64,000 nucleotides of DNA from Podarcis pityusensis (lineage: Eukaryota). Below are positions 9,804 to 22,800 of this stretch, one piece after another. The notes under the pieces were generated by a model. That model did no database searches and was not told the origin of the DNA. It was given only the letters and a program-made list of their open reading frames with translations. A program made the position numbers and the translations under genes. Positions within the stretch are counted from its first letter, which is position 1. Each line of letters begins with the position of its first letter. The stretch lies in assembly GCA_964106645.2 (NCBI GenBank), contig OZ067043.1. One strand, given 5' to 3'.

Positions 9804-12342
9804 TAATAATAAAATTTATTTATATCCTGCCCTCCCCAGCCGAAGCCGGGCTCAGAGCGGCTAACATCAAATGTATAACATTAACATAAAATCAGACAAT
9901 CAATTAAAATACATCCTCAAATCAGATCAGGATCAGAATAAAATCCAATCAGATGGCAACCAGATCAGATGGAAGGGGACTTCCCTCTCCCAAATCGCGC
10001 ACACACAAGTTTGGAGAGGGGCAGGCCAAGCAGCGCACCACCATCTCCCTCCTTTGCTCGCTTGCTCGCCTCCCTCCCCAGCGCCACAGTCCCTTCTCCT
10101 TGCACTGAGGGAGGCGGCAGACGTGCATCTTTGCCTCAGAGCTGCTCCCCCACTACCACCCCTGCCGCTCCCATCCCTGCTACCACCTCTTCTCCCATGC
10201 CCTCAGTTCTGTGGTCAGCTTTCCCACCCCACAATGTGGGAAAAACCGTGAAGCTAGTCAATGCTTCTCAATTCCTGTTACTCGTCTTCTGCATGTGCGT
10301 GTGTGTGCACGCATGCATGTGTTTGTCTGTCTCCCTGTGCTAAGAATCTGAATATAGGGGTGGGAGTTCCCCCTCCAGGGTCTGTCTCTTCTGCTTTCCT
10401 TCTCTATTCCACCCCATCCAGAAATTGACACAAGGTTTGGCTGCTTCTTCCTCCCCACCTCTCCCTGTCTGGGTAGCAGTTGCCAGGACATTACCCCATT
10501 TGCTTCTACATGGTTCCATCCTTATTTCAGGCATCGTTATATATCCTTATATCACAGTATGTAGCTGGTATATCACAATGTTGAAAACCAGATATCGTCC
10601 AGCCCTAGGAAAAGATCAGTGTGTAGGAATGAAGTGATTAGGACCCATTCCCATTGGCATAATTTTGAGGACTATTGTAGTCAGTGAATACACACAATGG
10701 TTCTGTGGTGTTGAAAATGTATTTTTATGTAGTGTGATGGGCACATACCCACAGCCTTGTGGTACATCTTCAGGAGAAGAAAAGACTAAGGAGTAAACCC
10801 TACACCTATCTGGAATGGAGTCTGTAAGATGATTGAATGATGTTTTGTATACCTCCTTCTGGCAACTCCTGCAGCCAAGCTGGTACCAAACATATTGCTC
10901 TGCTTTCCTTAGCAAGGCTGAGAGGGGGTCTTGTTGTCTGGGCAGCCTAGGACCTGCCCAGACTTTTGCCCCGGAGAAGTCACTTGGGTCTGCCATTTTT
11001 AAAATTTCTGCAGGCATCAAAGTATGCCAGTCAAATTGATAGTCCTGTTCTGTATGATTATTTTCCATTACACATTTGTATTTATTTGGTTTTGGTATTT
11101 AATTTCTCATGTCACTCTATTAATTTGAGTCAGAGAGGAGGGAAGGTACACTAACCAGAGGGACAGTTACCCGGTGGCTTAGTTGAATGCTTCTGTGGAA
11201 AGATGTACACCAGGGGTGTCCAAGAGACTGCGATCTACTCCCACTATAAATAAACTGACAGTGATCTACCCATTGGATTTGACCAGAGCTGTTGAGCTTT
11301 TTTTGGGGGGAGAGATCACAGTAGTTGAGCTTTTTTTAGGGAGAGAGGTCAGATCGACCGGTAGATCGCGATCAACCAGTTGGACAGGCCTGATGTACAC
11401 AATCTAGGAACAAGGATACATTGAAGAGCTCAAGTTGCAGCCCTCATGTTTTGCCATCTTCTGCGTACTTTGGGCAAAAACTTATTCCTGGTTATTTCCT
11501 TAAGACTATTTCCTCCATACTTCGGTGTTAGTCTCCAGCCAATCTGGTAAAAAGTTAATCCTATCACAGAAAACTTGGTTTATTATAATAAGAAAGTCAT
11601 GTTTCCTAATGAAAGTGAGAACCACTATAGATTAGGTGCCCAAATCTTTTATTACCTGAGATGAATAAGTACAAATTTCTGTTGTAGGCATAAGCAAGTG
11701 TTACCAATTAAGCTAGTGAGAAAGTGGCAAGTCTTTTCAAGTTTGTATCTAGCAACTTATTGTGATGCCTTTGTAGTCTTAGGGCTTGTTTACTCTTCTA
11801 AAGTTGCTTTTGACTGTGTTTCGGGAAGCACATTTACACAAGGATGCATGGCCTCATAAAGAGACTAGATGCAGTTCAGGACACTGATAATAAACTAGTT
11901 TAAGCCCATCTTACCTCCTGCCTCTTCATGAGATCAGATGTGTGCTGTCTACACCTTATTTGGGAAAGGATAGTTGATAGTTCATCTGTGTAACTGCTGT
12001 GGAGATTTGGGAGCATGTGTTGGAGACAAGGAATAATTGGTATCTTTTTGGTGGGGGGCTTTCTTTGGTGGCCACTTAAATGTAGTGGAGCGAAGGTTAT
12101 GTTATCAAATTGTTTTTAATAGGTTTCAGAGGGGGAAAATCTTACCCTAACTTGGCTTTCAAGATGAGGCAGGCTGAAAATAGCTAAACTACATACAACT
12201 AATAGCAGCTTTAGGAATTCTAATGTGGTGTTTGTTTCATTTTTAGGATCAAGCAGAATATACAGATTCAATTCAACTAGCTGATTGGGCAGTGTATATC
12301 ATGGATAGACATTGGTTCATTCGTTTCTTTATGCATGTGTAG
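2545..12342 (+). CDS. Spliced upstream ORF, join(2545..2586,12247..12342), 45 aa MQARRRSLLPPPPEDQAEYTDSIQLADWAVYIMDRHWFIRFFMHV
   Basis: ATG 2545 plus 14 codons to a phase-0 donor, then 31 more codons in frame in exon 2 to TAG 12340-12342. Confidence 0.5.
8595..8888. mobile_element. Tc1/mariner-pogo (Tigger-like) MITE
   Basis: TA-flanked. TIRs CAGTGGTGCCCCGCAAGACGAA / TTCGTCTTGCGAGGCACCACTG. Internal CGCAAGACGAA repeats. Confidence 0.9.
9138..9252 (-). mobile_element. POM/Squam2-type tRNA-derived SINE, internally deleted
   Basis: Reverse complement matches the 41344-41490 copy (GGGCAAAAGATTCCTGCATTGCAGGGGGTTGGACTAGATG...CCCTTCCAACTCTACAATTCTATG). Confidence 0.8.
9572..9757. mobile_element. 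186-bp hAT (Charlie-type) MITE, copy 1
   Basis: TIRs CAGGGGTACTCAACC / GGTTGACAACCCCTG. Near-identical inverted copy at 60921-61106. Confidence 0.9.
9759..9812. repeat. (AAT)n microsatellite, next to a reverse L2-tail-type fragment (~9813-9970)
   Basis: Direct reading. Followed by TTTATTTATATCCTGCCCTCCCC...GGGCTCAGAGCGGCTAACA. Confidence 0.85.
11211..11392. mobile_element. 182-bp hAT MITE with perfect 8-bp TSD
   Basis: TIRs CAGGGGTGTCCAA / TTGGACAGGCCTG. ATGTACAC at 11203-11210 and 11393-11400. Confidence 0.9.
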
Positions 12343-12351
12343 GAGAAAAAG
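12247..12351 (+). other. ZFYVE9: ZFYVE9 exon 2 (5' leader, 105 nt)
   Basis: Acceptor TTTTTAG|GAT and donor AAG|GTAAGA. Resembles the mammalian ZFYVE9 leader exon as I recall it. Confidence 0.75.
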
Positions 12352-14165
12352 GTAAGAGGATGGCAAATGACAGTATACATCTGGAATATTTGAATTAAGA
12401 GAGCGCCTTTAAATTTGCATCCTTGGTATGCTTCTTATATTGCAGTCCTAAACAGATCAGAAATTTATTTATTTATTGAGCTTCTGGCCTGCTGTTCCTT
12501 CTAGGGCAACAAACAACCAAGCAGGAAAACATATTTTCACCCCAGAGCCTTCCACAATAAGAGTTATGAATCAGTCTAATTTCTAGTAATGTTTCTAGGG
12601 TGTTTTGTTTAAAGCAAGGACAAGGAAGCTGTGGCCCTCAATATATTATTACTTTTATCATTGCTGGCCACAATAGTGTTCTGCAATAGAATCATGCATT
12701 TTTTAATTTAAAGTTTAGAGTTTCCTGTTTGTAAGAAAATTATTATGGGTGGCGACCATTTTGGGCGTGATTGCTGATGCGCTGGTCCTTTTGAACCCAG
12801 AAGAAGGTGGAGGGGTGGTGCACTTATATGTGCTATGCCGACATACACAGGTTAGAAGTGGATCGCCCACATGAAATGGTTGCCATCTGTACTGTAAATT
12901 TAACAACTTTTAGCTGTGCTTTTGCAGTAAATGGGTGCTGTGAATATTACATACTTACTAATTGGATTGTGAACTGAAGTGTATTTAAGGCCAAGTTTGC
13001 CTGCTTTTTCTTTAGACTTCTGGTTTTTTCCTTGAAACCTAGCTGTGGAATCAGGCACTGTCACTAAGTTCTTGATTTAATGTATTTTGGTTGCCTTCTC
13101 CAGCACAAATGTTTGCAGGATAGATTTGGGATAAAGTTTTAGAAAGGTGCACATAACAAGCTAGCTTTTTTGTTTCACTTATGAGGTTACATACGATATA
13201 TTGAATGACTGGGTTGTCTGGTTCATTGTCTGCATGCAAGGCCTCCTATTTTGCATACCAGCACAGACTTCTTCAATGTTTATTTGGATGGTGGCATTAA
13301 AAATTGCAGGCTTTGCTTCTGGTTAAAGAATTGGTTGATCCCTTGACTGTGTGGAGGAACAGGTCAGTTGTGTGTACTACACTTTATCGTTACAGTGTTA
13401 ATTTTAAAATTCTGTGTTCAGATTTCCTTCCCTATATAATAAACACTGTTGTAAGATATTCAAATCTCTCTTTTAATTTCTGTAAGGTCCTAGATCTTGA
13501 ATGAGTCATATCAGTCACATTGCATTTAAGACTTTAGTGTGAAATAGTATTACTTCCTTGACTAATATGTTGGCTTGTTTTGAGTTGTTGTTCCAGTCCA
13601 CCAGGATTATGTGGTTGGCAAAGCTTAGGCTAAATGCTGTATCCTGTCATGCATTAATCTAGGTTAGATATTGTAGATGCTGCAGATTCAAGAATGCAAA
13701 GCACAATAGACAAAATATTATTGAATTAACAGGAGTCATCTTTTAAAATGTCCATTATATAATTTATTTGACTGAAATGGTCAAGAGCCCATACTACAGT
13801 AAAGCTCACTAGATAGCTTTGGACAAGTCAGTGATTTTCAGTATAGCTTTGTTTCCTGTGGAGTTGTTAAATGTTCTATGGAAAAGAAAGGAATATATAT
13901 TTGTATAAAGTGAAGATTTCTGAACTGTCACATCTACTCCTCTTTGCAATTATTGTTTCACCTCATCCATTCAAAACTTTTTTATGTAGAGATGGTTTAT
14001 AAAGTTACTTGGCCATTGAGGAGTTACCAAGATGATATATTTATTAGGTAACATCTCCCAATGCGTCCTTGTAGTTCAAATCTGTTATACGGATGAGAAA
14101 TTACTGGTAGCATTCTTGGGTCAAGCATAGATAATGAGTTGTGTGTATGGTCGGAAGACTGATTA

Positions 14166-14334
14166 CCATATTTTTCCATTTATAAGATGCCCCCATATAT
14201 AAGACACCCCTATTTTTGGGGACTCCAAATTAAGAAAACACCCCTCAGCATTACCCATGTATAAGACGAGCCCCAATTTTAAACCTAATTTTTTGGTTTA
14301 AAAACCCCTAGTCTTATACACGGAAAAAATATGA
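14166..14334. mobile_element. TA-flanked Tc1/mariner-type MITE
   Basis: Imperfect TIRs CCATATTTTTCC...TATAAGA / GTCTTATACACGGAAAAAATATGA with repeated TATAAGAC motifs. Confidence 0.65.
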
Positions 14335-14499
14335 TAATTTTTCCTGATTTGATACTTTAGTCACTACTTATTGAAATCCTGCTGATTTCTGTCTGAGTTA
14401 GTAACTGGATGCAACCCTGAGCCTGAGTGCCCAGGTTTCTGCAGTGGCCAGGAGTGCATCTGCATAGCTAAAGCCAGTGTGCTAGCTGTGCCCATTCCT

Positions 14500-15090
14500 G
14501 GAGATGTCTGATCTGCCCACAGTGACACACACCTTAGTTACATCCCATTTGAATTACTGTAACATGCTTTACATGGGTCTGCCTTTGAAAAGTGCTAGAA
14601 AACTTTTAAAGGGCCCAAGGAGCTCCACTGGCTACTGGTCTGTATCCGGTCACAATTCAAAGTGCTGGTTGTGACCTATAAAACCTTATACTGCTTAGGC
14701 CTAGGCTATCTGAAGGCCCAGGGTATTTTCCCATACAAACCTATTTGGGCTCTTGAGATGTTCGAGGTGGCCCTTCTCTCATTCCTGCCACGCTCACAGG
14801 CACCTTTTATGGGAACGCGGGAGAGGCTGCTCCCAGACTTTGGAACTCCCTTCCCGGTGAACCTAGACTGAACTCTGTCCTTGTGGCCTTCCTCTGGCAG
14901 GTGAAGATTGTTTTATTCCAGCAGGCCTTTGGGAGCTGATTGCTTTTAAGGAAAGGGTTTTTAATAGTGTTGTGCTGTTTTTACCGTCTGTATTTTAATA
15001 GATTTATTTTTTACATTGTTTTAATTCCATTGTTGTTTAATTACTTTTCAACTATTATTGATTATAACTTTTTAGCTTTCTGTGTTTTAG
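14500..15090 (+). mobile_element. Degenerate L2 LINE 3' fragment
   Basis: L2-like remnants (TACTGTAACATGCTTTACATGGGTCTGCC, CTCCACTGGCT...CAATTCAAAGTGCTGGTTGTGACCTATAAA) and a T-rich tail. Confidence 0.7.
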
Positions 15091-15625
15091 CTGTGTTTGT
15101 ACAATCTGGACAAATCTAGTTTTTATTCTTTTGTTTATTTATTCCCCACATTTTTCCCAGAACCAGGGCTCAAGGCAGCTTACAAAAAATTAAAACAACG
15201 CTAGGCGATGCAGAAGGTGGGGCCTAGATTAGGACTGATGCCATCACGTGATGGCACTGGGGCTCACTGAAGATCCAGTAGCTCCTGAGCCAGCTTAGTG
15301 CCCTTCCCCCTCTCCCACTAGAGCACACACACCTGGTCTGGTGGGTAGAATGGGGGAGCTCTGCTTTGGTAGAAGGAGTAGATACTAATGGAGGCTGGCA
15401 GTGTTAGGCAGTAAATTGGTTTCAGTAGTTGATACATATTAATTTTGTTTCAAAGTTATTAATAATTGCCATTGTGAAGCTCACTGAATGCGTTCATTTA
15501 GGAAGTCCTGCAATGTTTCATATTTTACATAGGATCTTAGTTTTAGTGGATACATAAAAGAATAGATTGGTACATTTTCTATCATCATGCCAGTCATCCT
15601 GCTGTCATTTAACCAAATTTATATA

Positions 15626-15866
15626 CAGTGGTACCTCGGTTTACAAACTTAATCCATTCTGGAAGTCCGTTCTTAAACCGAAACCGTTCTTAAACCAAGG
15701 TGCGCTTTCCCTAATGAGGCCTCACACTGCCGTTGCCCTTCCACCGTTCGGATTCCATTCTTAGACAGAGGTAAGGTTTGCAAACCGGGACACTATTTCT
15801 GGTTTTGCAGAGTTTGTAAACTGAATCGTTCTTAAACCAGACTGTTCTTAATCCAAGGTACCACTG
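15626..15866. mobile_element. Tigger/pogo-like MITE (CAGTGGTACCTCGG family)
   Basis: TA|CAGTGGTACCTCGG ... CCAAGGTACCACTG|TA. Confidence 0.88.
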
Positions 15867-16766
15867 TACTACTTAACTCAAACAAGAACTCTCTAAGTTG
15901 CTTACAAAAGACTTTTATTTCCAAAAGTTAGCTAAGAGTGTGATTCCAAGTGAGTTGTAGGTTGGGGTGTGAAGTGACAGATTGTATTCTATTTTTAATC
16001 CTATGTTGGCTAGCACTGGCAAGGTTGGAGGTGTAAGGACAGACTTGTCTTCTTCTTGGCTCCCAGGGAGCCTTTTCTTTTTTTAAAAGAATCACCCCAT
16101 TGGTTCTAATGGAGAGGGAAATTAGATATACCAGTTCCAGAGTGGCATGGATGCAGACCTGATCCTGTCTCGGCCAGTCATACTCTGCCCTTGGAGTGCC
16201 TTGTTTCAGGGCCTAACATTGATTACTGCTAGTGAAAATAGAACTGTGCCTATGGATCTTTCCCACATAACGTCCCCCCTCTCCAATGGAGACATCTTCA
16301 CTGCCATCAGAGGGGCTCCTCCATGCAACCCTAACCCCTTCCATCCATTAGATCTGTGAGTTAGGATTCCCCTTCCCCTTCCCGTCTTTAGAAAGAAAAG
16401 GAACAATATGATTTTATTAGGGTTTTTAAAAATATTAATAATAATAATACTTGCAGCAAATAACTGATAAAACCAAAATAAATCCTTAAGTCCCTTCTTA
16501 GTCTAGAAGGCTTCTAATTTATTTGTATATCTGGCTGATATGGATGAGGCATTAGGAATTAGAGGATCAATACAGTTTCATCATCACAGTTTTGTAATAC
16601 TGGGAAATGCTTTTGATTTTATAGGAAATAGTCAAACTAGCTTAAATTTTAAGCTTGGTAATAATCTCTAAATCTTGTGATGGGACATTGGAATATTGCT
16701 AGAAGTTCATAACTGGCTGTCTGCTTGACAGGTTCAGACAAGGAGCTGGGTGGCATTTCCTGACAA

Positions 16767-16836
16767 ATGGAGAACTATTTCCAGGCAGAGGCTTTTAACC
16801 TTGATAAGGTTTTAGATGAATTTGAACAAAATGAAG
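16767..16836 (+). CDS. ZFYVE9: ZFYVE9 exon 3, coding part (exon starts 16732)
   Basis: [23 protein letters not shown]. In-frame TGA 6 nt upstream of the ATG. Donor AAG|GTGAGT. Confidence 0.95.
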
Positions 16837-19800
16837 GTGAGTAACTTTTGTTAGGGCTGGAGATGCAAACTAATATCTGGATCTGTGACTCTGGTTGTAT
16901 TTCTTTGTATTTCCTGTTCCATTGTAACTAACATCTGTTATGCATTTGCTGGGAATAAAAGTCTGAAAAGGATACTGAGAAATCTACAATTTTTTTCTAG
17001 GTAGAAACAGTTAAAATAATTGTCTTAAAAATTTCAGTGATTACATGAATGATATCCCTGTATTAATTGGGTGTCAAACATTGGCACAATTGCATAGATA
17101 TATAATTCACAGGTGAGAATTGCTTGCAGCTAGAGCTAGTACAGATAAGATTAGCTGTCTGTGCATAAGAAGTAATCAGCTTCCATCCGCTCTTTTGCCA
17201 CCCAGAATGCACATACTTCCAGATCAATCCCCCATTTTACACTAAGTTCAGTGTTACATTTCATTGTGCTCCTAGTTATCACAAGTCTTAACTAGCTTTT
17301 ACAACACTGCTTAATTGTCTGTTTCCTATACCTATGACTCTGCTAACTGAAGGCTAAAATTTGCACATAATACTAACATAAACTGTGGCTTAGCACAAAT
17401 GAGCAAATGTGTGGGTCCAGGGGATTGTGACCACTGCTGTTTTTTCCTGCTCCTGCTGCCACTGTGCTACCCAGGACTAAGCCATAGTTCGGCTTAGCCT
17501 TGCATTTGAACCCAGGCTCATGGTCTCTCTCTCCTCCAGATGAACCAGGAGTGGTAAACCAAGAACAAATATTGGTTACAGCTTGTTGTTTGTGTTAGCA
17601 TTTGGATTACATCACAAAATAATAATAGTAAACTCCCTGAGTAATCACAAATAACTAGGGGGGAATTCAGCTTCACGCAGTTACAAATATTCCATCTGTA
17701 CAAGCGTATCAGTTTCCCAGATGGAATGATCCCTTGCTCTTGTGTGTTGTTTTGGGGATTCTCCCAACCCCTTGAGCAAATTATAGATGTTGCATGTGTG
17801 GGAGGGGAAAGCCCTGTTGTGGAAGCCTTCCTCTAATGGGGTTTGGTAGGTGTATTCCTCCCTAGGTTCTGTGGCTTGTTGTAGGAATACAAGATCTTAT
17901 CAACTTACTAACTACATTACTAAATGTGTACATTGAGGAGGGAGAAGAAAAAATGGCATTCACACAATACTGAAACATCAAACATGTTTTGTAAAATTAA
18001 ATTCCCAAGTGGTTTGTTTGTCTGTGATTGCTGTATTCCCTGTTACGTGATTTGTATGTAGCTAAGTCACTTTCCCCCTTATACTATGCTACTTCACTGT
18101 TCTGCTGTTATGAATGCCTGCTAAAACATGGATAGGATTTATCATTGTATAATTTGTACAAGTAGGGCATTCTCTGGCATGAAAAGTGTAACAATGGAAA
18201 CAGGCAAACCCAAAAAGAGCTTGGCTGGATTAGATGAAAGGTCTGTCAAGTTCAGCATCATGTTTCTCACATAAACCAAAGAGGTGCCTTTGGGGAGATT
18301 ATAAGTAGGCTATTTCCACTCCCACTTTTTCTCCCCAAGACCTAGTAATGTGGTATACTGCTTCCAGACATGGAGGCTTCATATAGTCATCATAACTAAT
18401 AGGCATTGTCAGACTAATTGATGGAAGGTCTAATCCCATTTTTAAAGCCATCACAGCTAATGGTCATCTTGTGGCACCACATGCCATTAATAAATAAATA
18501 GCTTTTCTAAGGAAAAACACAACCTTTGGTGTTTAATGACTCCAACTACAGAAGCAATCAAAGTGCTATTTGAGAGTTAATGTGATTTGGTTACCTTTTT
18601 TGGCCAACATTTATTCACTAGTTGGGCTGATAGAAATTGCTTTCTTAGGGCTTGTCCACGCTGTAGTGTTCTTCTGAGAAACGAAAATAGTTTTAGTCTG
18701 TGGGTATAACTCATAGACTAATTGCTTTCCTGAGTGGTTTCCCTTTTTATGGTGCTAAATGATGTATTTGCAAAAAGCAGATATGATTCCTGGATTGCTG
18801 TTTGAGAAAGCACTGCAGCAGTCTGAAGGGCGGATGCTGGAGGAAGGACGGTTGGAGAGGCAAAAAGCAGCCCCTTTTGGGGAGTGTGAGGACTAAATTT
18901 TGAGAGGGTTTTTGCTTTTGCTGTTGCTGGCATTGAGCATTGTGTGCCAAGAAGATATCATCGTCAGCCACATGTGGCTGAATTGGGTGAATCTGTCTCT
19001 TTATCCAGCCGTTCTTCAGTGGGTGGAGAAGTTGCAGTTCTTCATTTATTATTATTTTTTATATTTACTAAATTTGCATACTGCCCTTCATCCACCGATC
19101 TCAGGGTAGTTCACCTGAATGCTGTAGTGACAGATTTTGCTCCCCAGAAAGGGTCTCTGCTTCCTCCCCAGTCACTACTGCAGCTGAAGAGTTCTTAAAA
19201 CACTCACCACCTTAAACTGGTATAGCACTGCAAATTTGTTACCATATGAATACCAAAATAGTTTTGATTGGTTTATGTTTGTGTGCATGTATAAAAGGCA
19301 GTAGGTGCACTTTGATGAAGTATTTATATTTTGGCCATGGTTTAGATTGCAAACTGGCAGCCAAGCTAGATGATATTAGAAATGCATGTTCTCCTTTAAT
19401 GTGGCCTGCTTTTAAAAAATAAATGGGGGGGGGGGGAGGTGGAGGGTGTATGAACCCTCCACTGCTATTTGCCCTGAGGGAGAAGCTGCCATTGGTGACA
19501 GTGGCAACTCTCCTTTCTGGTAAATAGCACCATCTGTATCGTGTGTATAAAAAGAACCATGGTCCGGGGGAAAGGGCCAAGCTCCAGTTTTTAAGCATTG
19601 TAGCTCCAGTCCTGATGAGCTTCTTAATGTTTGCTATTCCTCCCTCCCAAAAAAAGACATGAAATGCAACCATGCATTTCTCATTTTGTCTAGTTTTAGC
19701 CAGAACAGTATATACAGTTGGCAGCAGTATACTAACTAATGGACTTTCTGTGCTTGGGCCCTATTACCTCTACAGAGATTTTCAGTATAGTATGTGATTT

Positions 19801-22800
19801 TTTTTATTATATGTGGAACAAACATGCATTTATTTAATTTTACATTATCTCTGTTTTGATTTTGGCAACTGGAGAATGTATAAAGCAGTTTATTCCAGTG
19901 TTTCCGCAGTGTTCCTAAGCTATATAGTTATGTAAAACACTTAAGAATTGCTATACAGTTAACAATGCCATCTACAAAGGGAACAGTAACTAGAAATGCT
20001 TTTGCTTCCACAATATTTTTCAGTATAAGAAGCGATTTGCAATTATTTTAATCTCATTTATGCTTACGATAATTCTGTGAAGTTAGCTAAAGCTGCAAGA
20101 TGATGTCTTGCCCAAGGTCACCCAATTAGCTTTAAGATTAAACAGGAATTTCAATGTGCTTTTGAGTCTCCAAAATTGACATTCAGTTCAGTTTGCTGTG
20201 CTATATTGTCCCCAGCTTCTTTGAATAACTTATATGATGTCAATTCTTGTTTGGGTTTTACATGTTTGTCTTAATACTGTTGTTTTCTACTTCCTATGGT
20301 TTGCAGCTAAATATATCAATCAAGATGTTAAGATTACGTATTCCCATAAAATGTGTATTATAAAGAAATATTTCTGTTCCAGGCCTTAGAGACTAATCAA
20401 AACCAGAAATCTAACTTGGGAGCCAAACTGATAATCTAGAGAAATGTATGACTGCATTTTCATCTTTTTGAATTTGATTTAAAAAATAGCAGTTGTGGGA
20501 GTACCTAATCTGCATTGGGTCTCCAGCACAGGGTAAGGAATATTTTAATACTTGTCTCTGTGCTTTTTTCCTCACAAAATTTCTCCCTTAAGCTACTATT
20601 CACTCTGGAATGAAAAACATATGACACCCATTTGTGTGTTCTTCTAGGGCAAATAGCAACTTATGGGTGGTTTTCATTGGGAAACTTCAAGAGGTAAAGT
20701 GTTAAACCAACCCACACTGTGGTTCTGATTTAGACTGAGACCTTTGTGACTGTAGAACTGCATACATTTCAAAAGATGGAAATACAGTAATTTTCATGCA
20801 AACTGGGATCTTGTTTGATCCTGGGTTTAAGCTAGTTTAACTATAATTGCTTCTTGCAAAATAAGATAATAATTATTGTTACGCAATACACTTGTAATGT
20901 AGTACCCACACAGGGGTGAAGGATTGCTGCACTTCAGGGGGTTGGACTAGATGGCTCTCGTGGTTCCTTCCAACTCCGTAATTCTGTGGTCTACAGTTCT
21001 TGGAATAGTAGCGTATTGACCCGAATATAAGCCGCACCCGAATAAAAGCCGCATCTTTAAAATTCATGGGGGTGGGGGGAGGAAAAAAGATAATACCTGA
21101 ATATAAGCTGCTCCCTTAAAATTCTGCAGGCATTCACACCCATTCCATTTTACCATATGTCTGTTTCAGTAGCAATATCATAAAAGCCAATTTTTGTAAG
21201 GTCGCAAATTTAAGCCACACTTTAAACTTTTCACGGACAGAATTTGGAAAAAAAGTGAGGCTTATATTCAGGCCAATACAGTATTATGTATTTTCCTTTG
21301 ATATACAAACATTTGAACTTCTTGTGCAAAGTACAAGTTACATATGCTGAATTTATTGCATATTGATTTAAGTTACTTATCTTTTCAGATGAAGCCATTT
21401 CACCTACTTTGTTGGATGCAAAGTGGAATAAGATCCTAGATCCTCCTTCCCATCGGCTGTCTTTTAACCCAGCTCTGGCCAACGTGAATGAATCCACAAT
21501 TCCTAATGAGTGTCCGCAAAAGTTGAAGTCATTCTCCCTGTCTCAGTTAGCCACTACATCAACAGGAGGAGGAGATTGCTGTTCTAATGGAAAGAATCTT
21601 AATATAAGACAAGAAAGCCCAAACATGTGGATTGATGATCAGGCAGCAACAGATGATCATCAGCTAGTTAAGAGAAATAGCAATCGAAATGCCCTGTACA
21701 ATTTGATGGATGAAGAAGGAAGGAAAAAGAAACCAGAGGAAAAAAACGTTCTTGTAGTAGCAGTCATGCATAACTGTGACAAAAAAGGACTGCAAAATGA
21801 TTTGTTAGATTGTAGAAATTACAGCAATTCCCCCAGAATGGATACTGTTAGCTTTACACTGGATAATGAAACCCAACAAACTGATCACATTGATGTTACT
21901 GTAAACGGGTCCATTGAAAAAGATTCAGATACTGAAAAAGATGCAGTACAAGCAAACAGGCTACCTGCAGAAGAAGATTTTTTCAACCATTGTAGTGTTG
22001 CTGCTTCTGCCTGCTTATCCAGTGGATATTCTTCTCGTTTAAAGGAGAATGATAATTCAAATAAAGACCTTCATTTCTCAGAAACTGCAGCAGCAGGGAT
22101 GAATGTAATTACATTGCAGAGGCCACTTGGCCCTAGTGTTAAAATACAGCAAAGCTGTGCATCAGGTGAGGGTTTTGATACTGATGCTGTTGCTCAGCTG
22201 GAAACTAGAAACTGTTTACCTAGTTCACGTAATGGTGGTTTCTCCACAGAGGTTTCTGTTGCAGAACCAGCAGCCCAGCCATTTCAGTCAGGGATATGTG
22301 AGGTCTCTGCAACTTGTCAGCCAAATACGCTTGAAAGTGGTAATCACGGTGAAAGTTCTGACAGACATTTGGCCTCTATGGATGTTGGTGCTGCTGACAA
22401 TGAAGCTGACAAATATGAAAAAATACTCAGCTCAACTGAATTGCTCAGCACGACAGTTTGTTTATCAGAATCTCAGGAGATGGCAAATGGGGAACTGACT
22501 AAAGAAAATCAGATCAGTAATGAGCAAACACCTGGGGAGGATGAAACACTGTTGCATACAGCAAAGCGGGAGGAAGCATGTAGTAGTAATGGAGATAGCA
22601 GCGATGGCATGACAGTAGCAAGTCAGGACTTAAAGGGAGCATATATGGATGAGTTTGAAGATTCCAGCCCCACTGATGTCATGAGTACATCGGCATCAAG
22701 TGCTCTGCTCAATTGTTGTGATTCCTATGGAATACAGAACCCAATTCTTGCTCATATTCCAAAGACTTTACCCTCCAAGGAAGACTCAGTGACTGAGGAA

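Larger units (their letters stand above)
9364..10607. mobile_element. Older non-autonomous hAT-like element hosting nested insertions
   Basis: Imperfect TIRs TAGGGCTGGGTTATA and TATCGTCCAGCCCTA with repeated ATATCAC-type subterminal motifs. No clean TSD. Confidence 0.45.
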
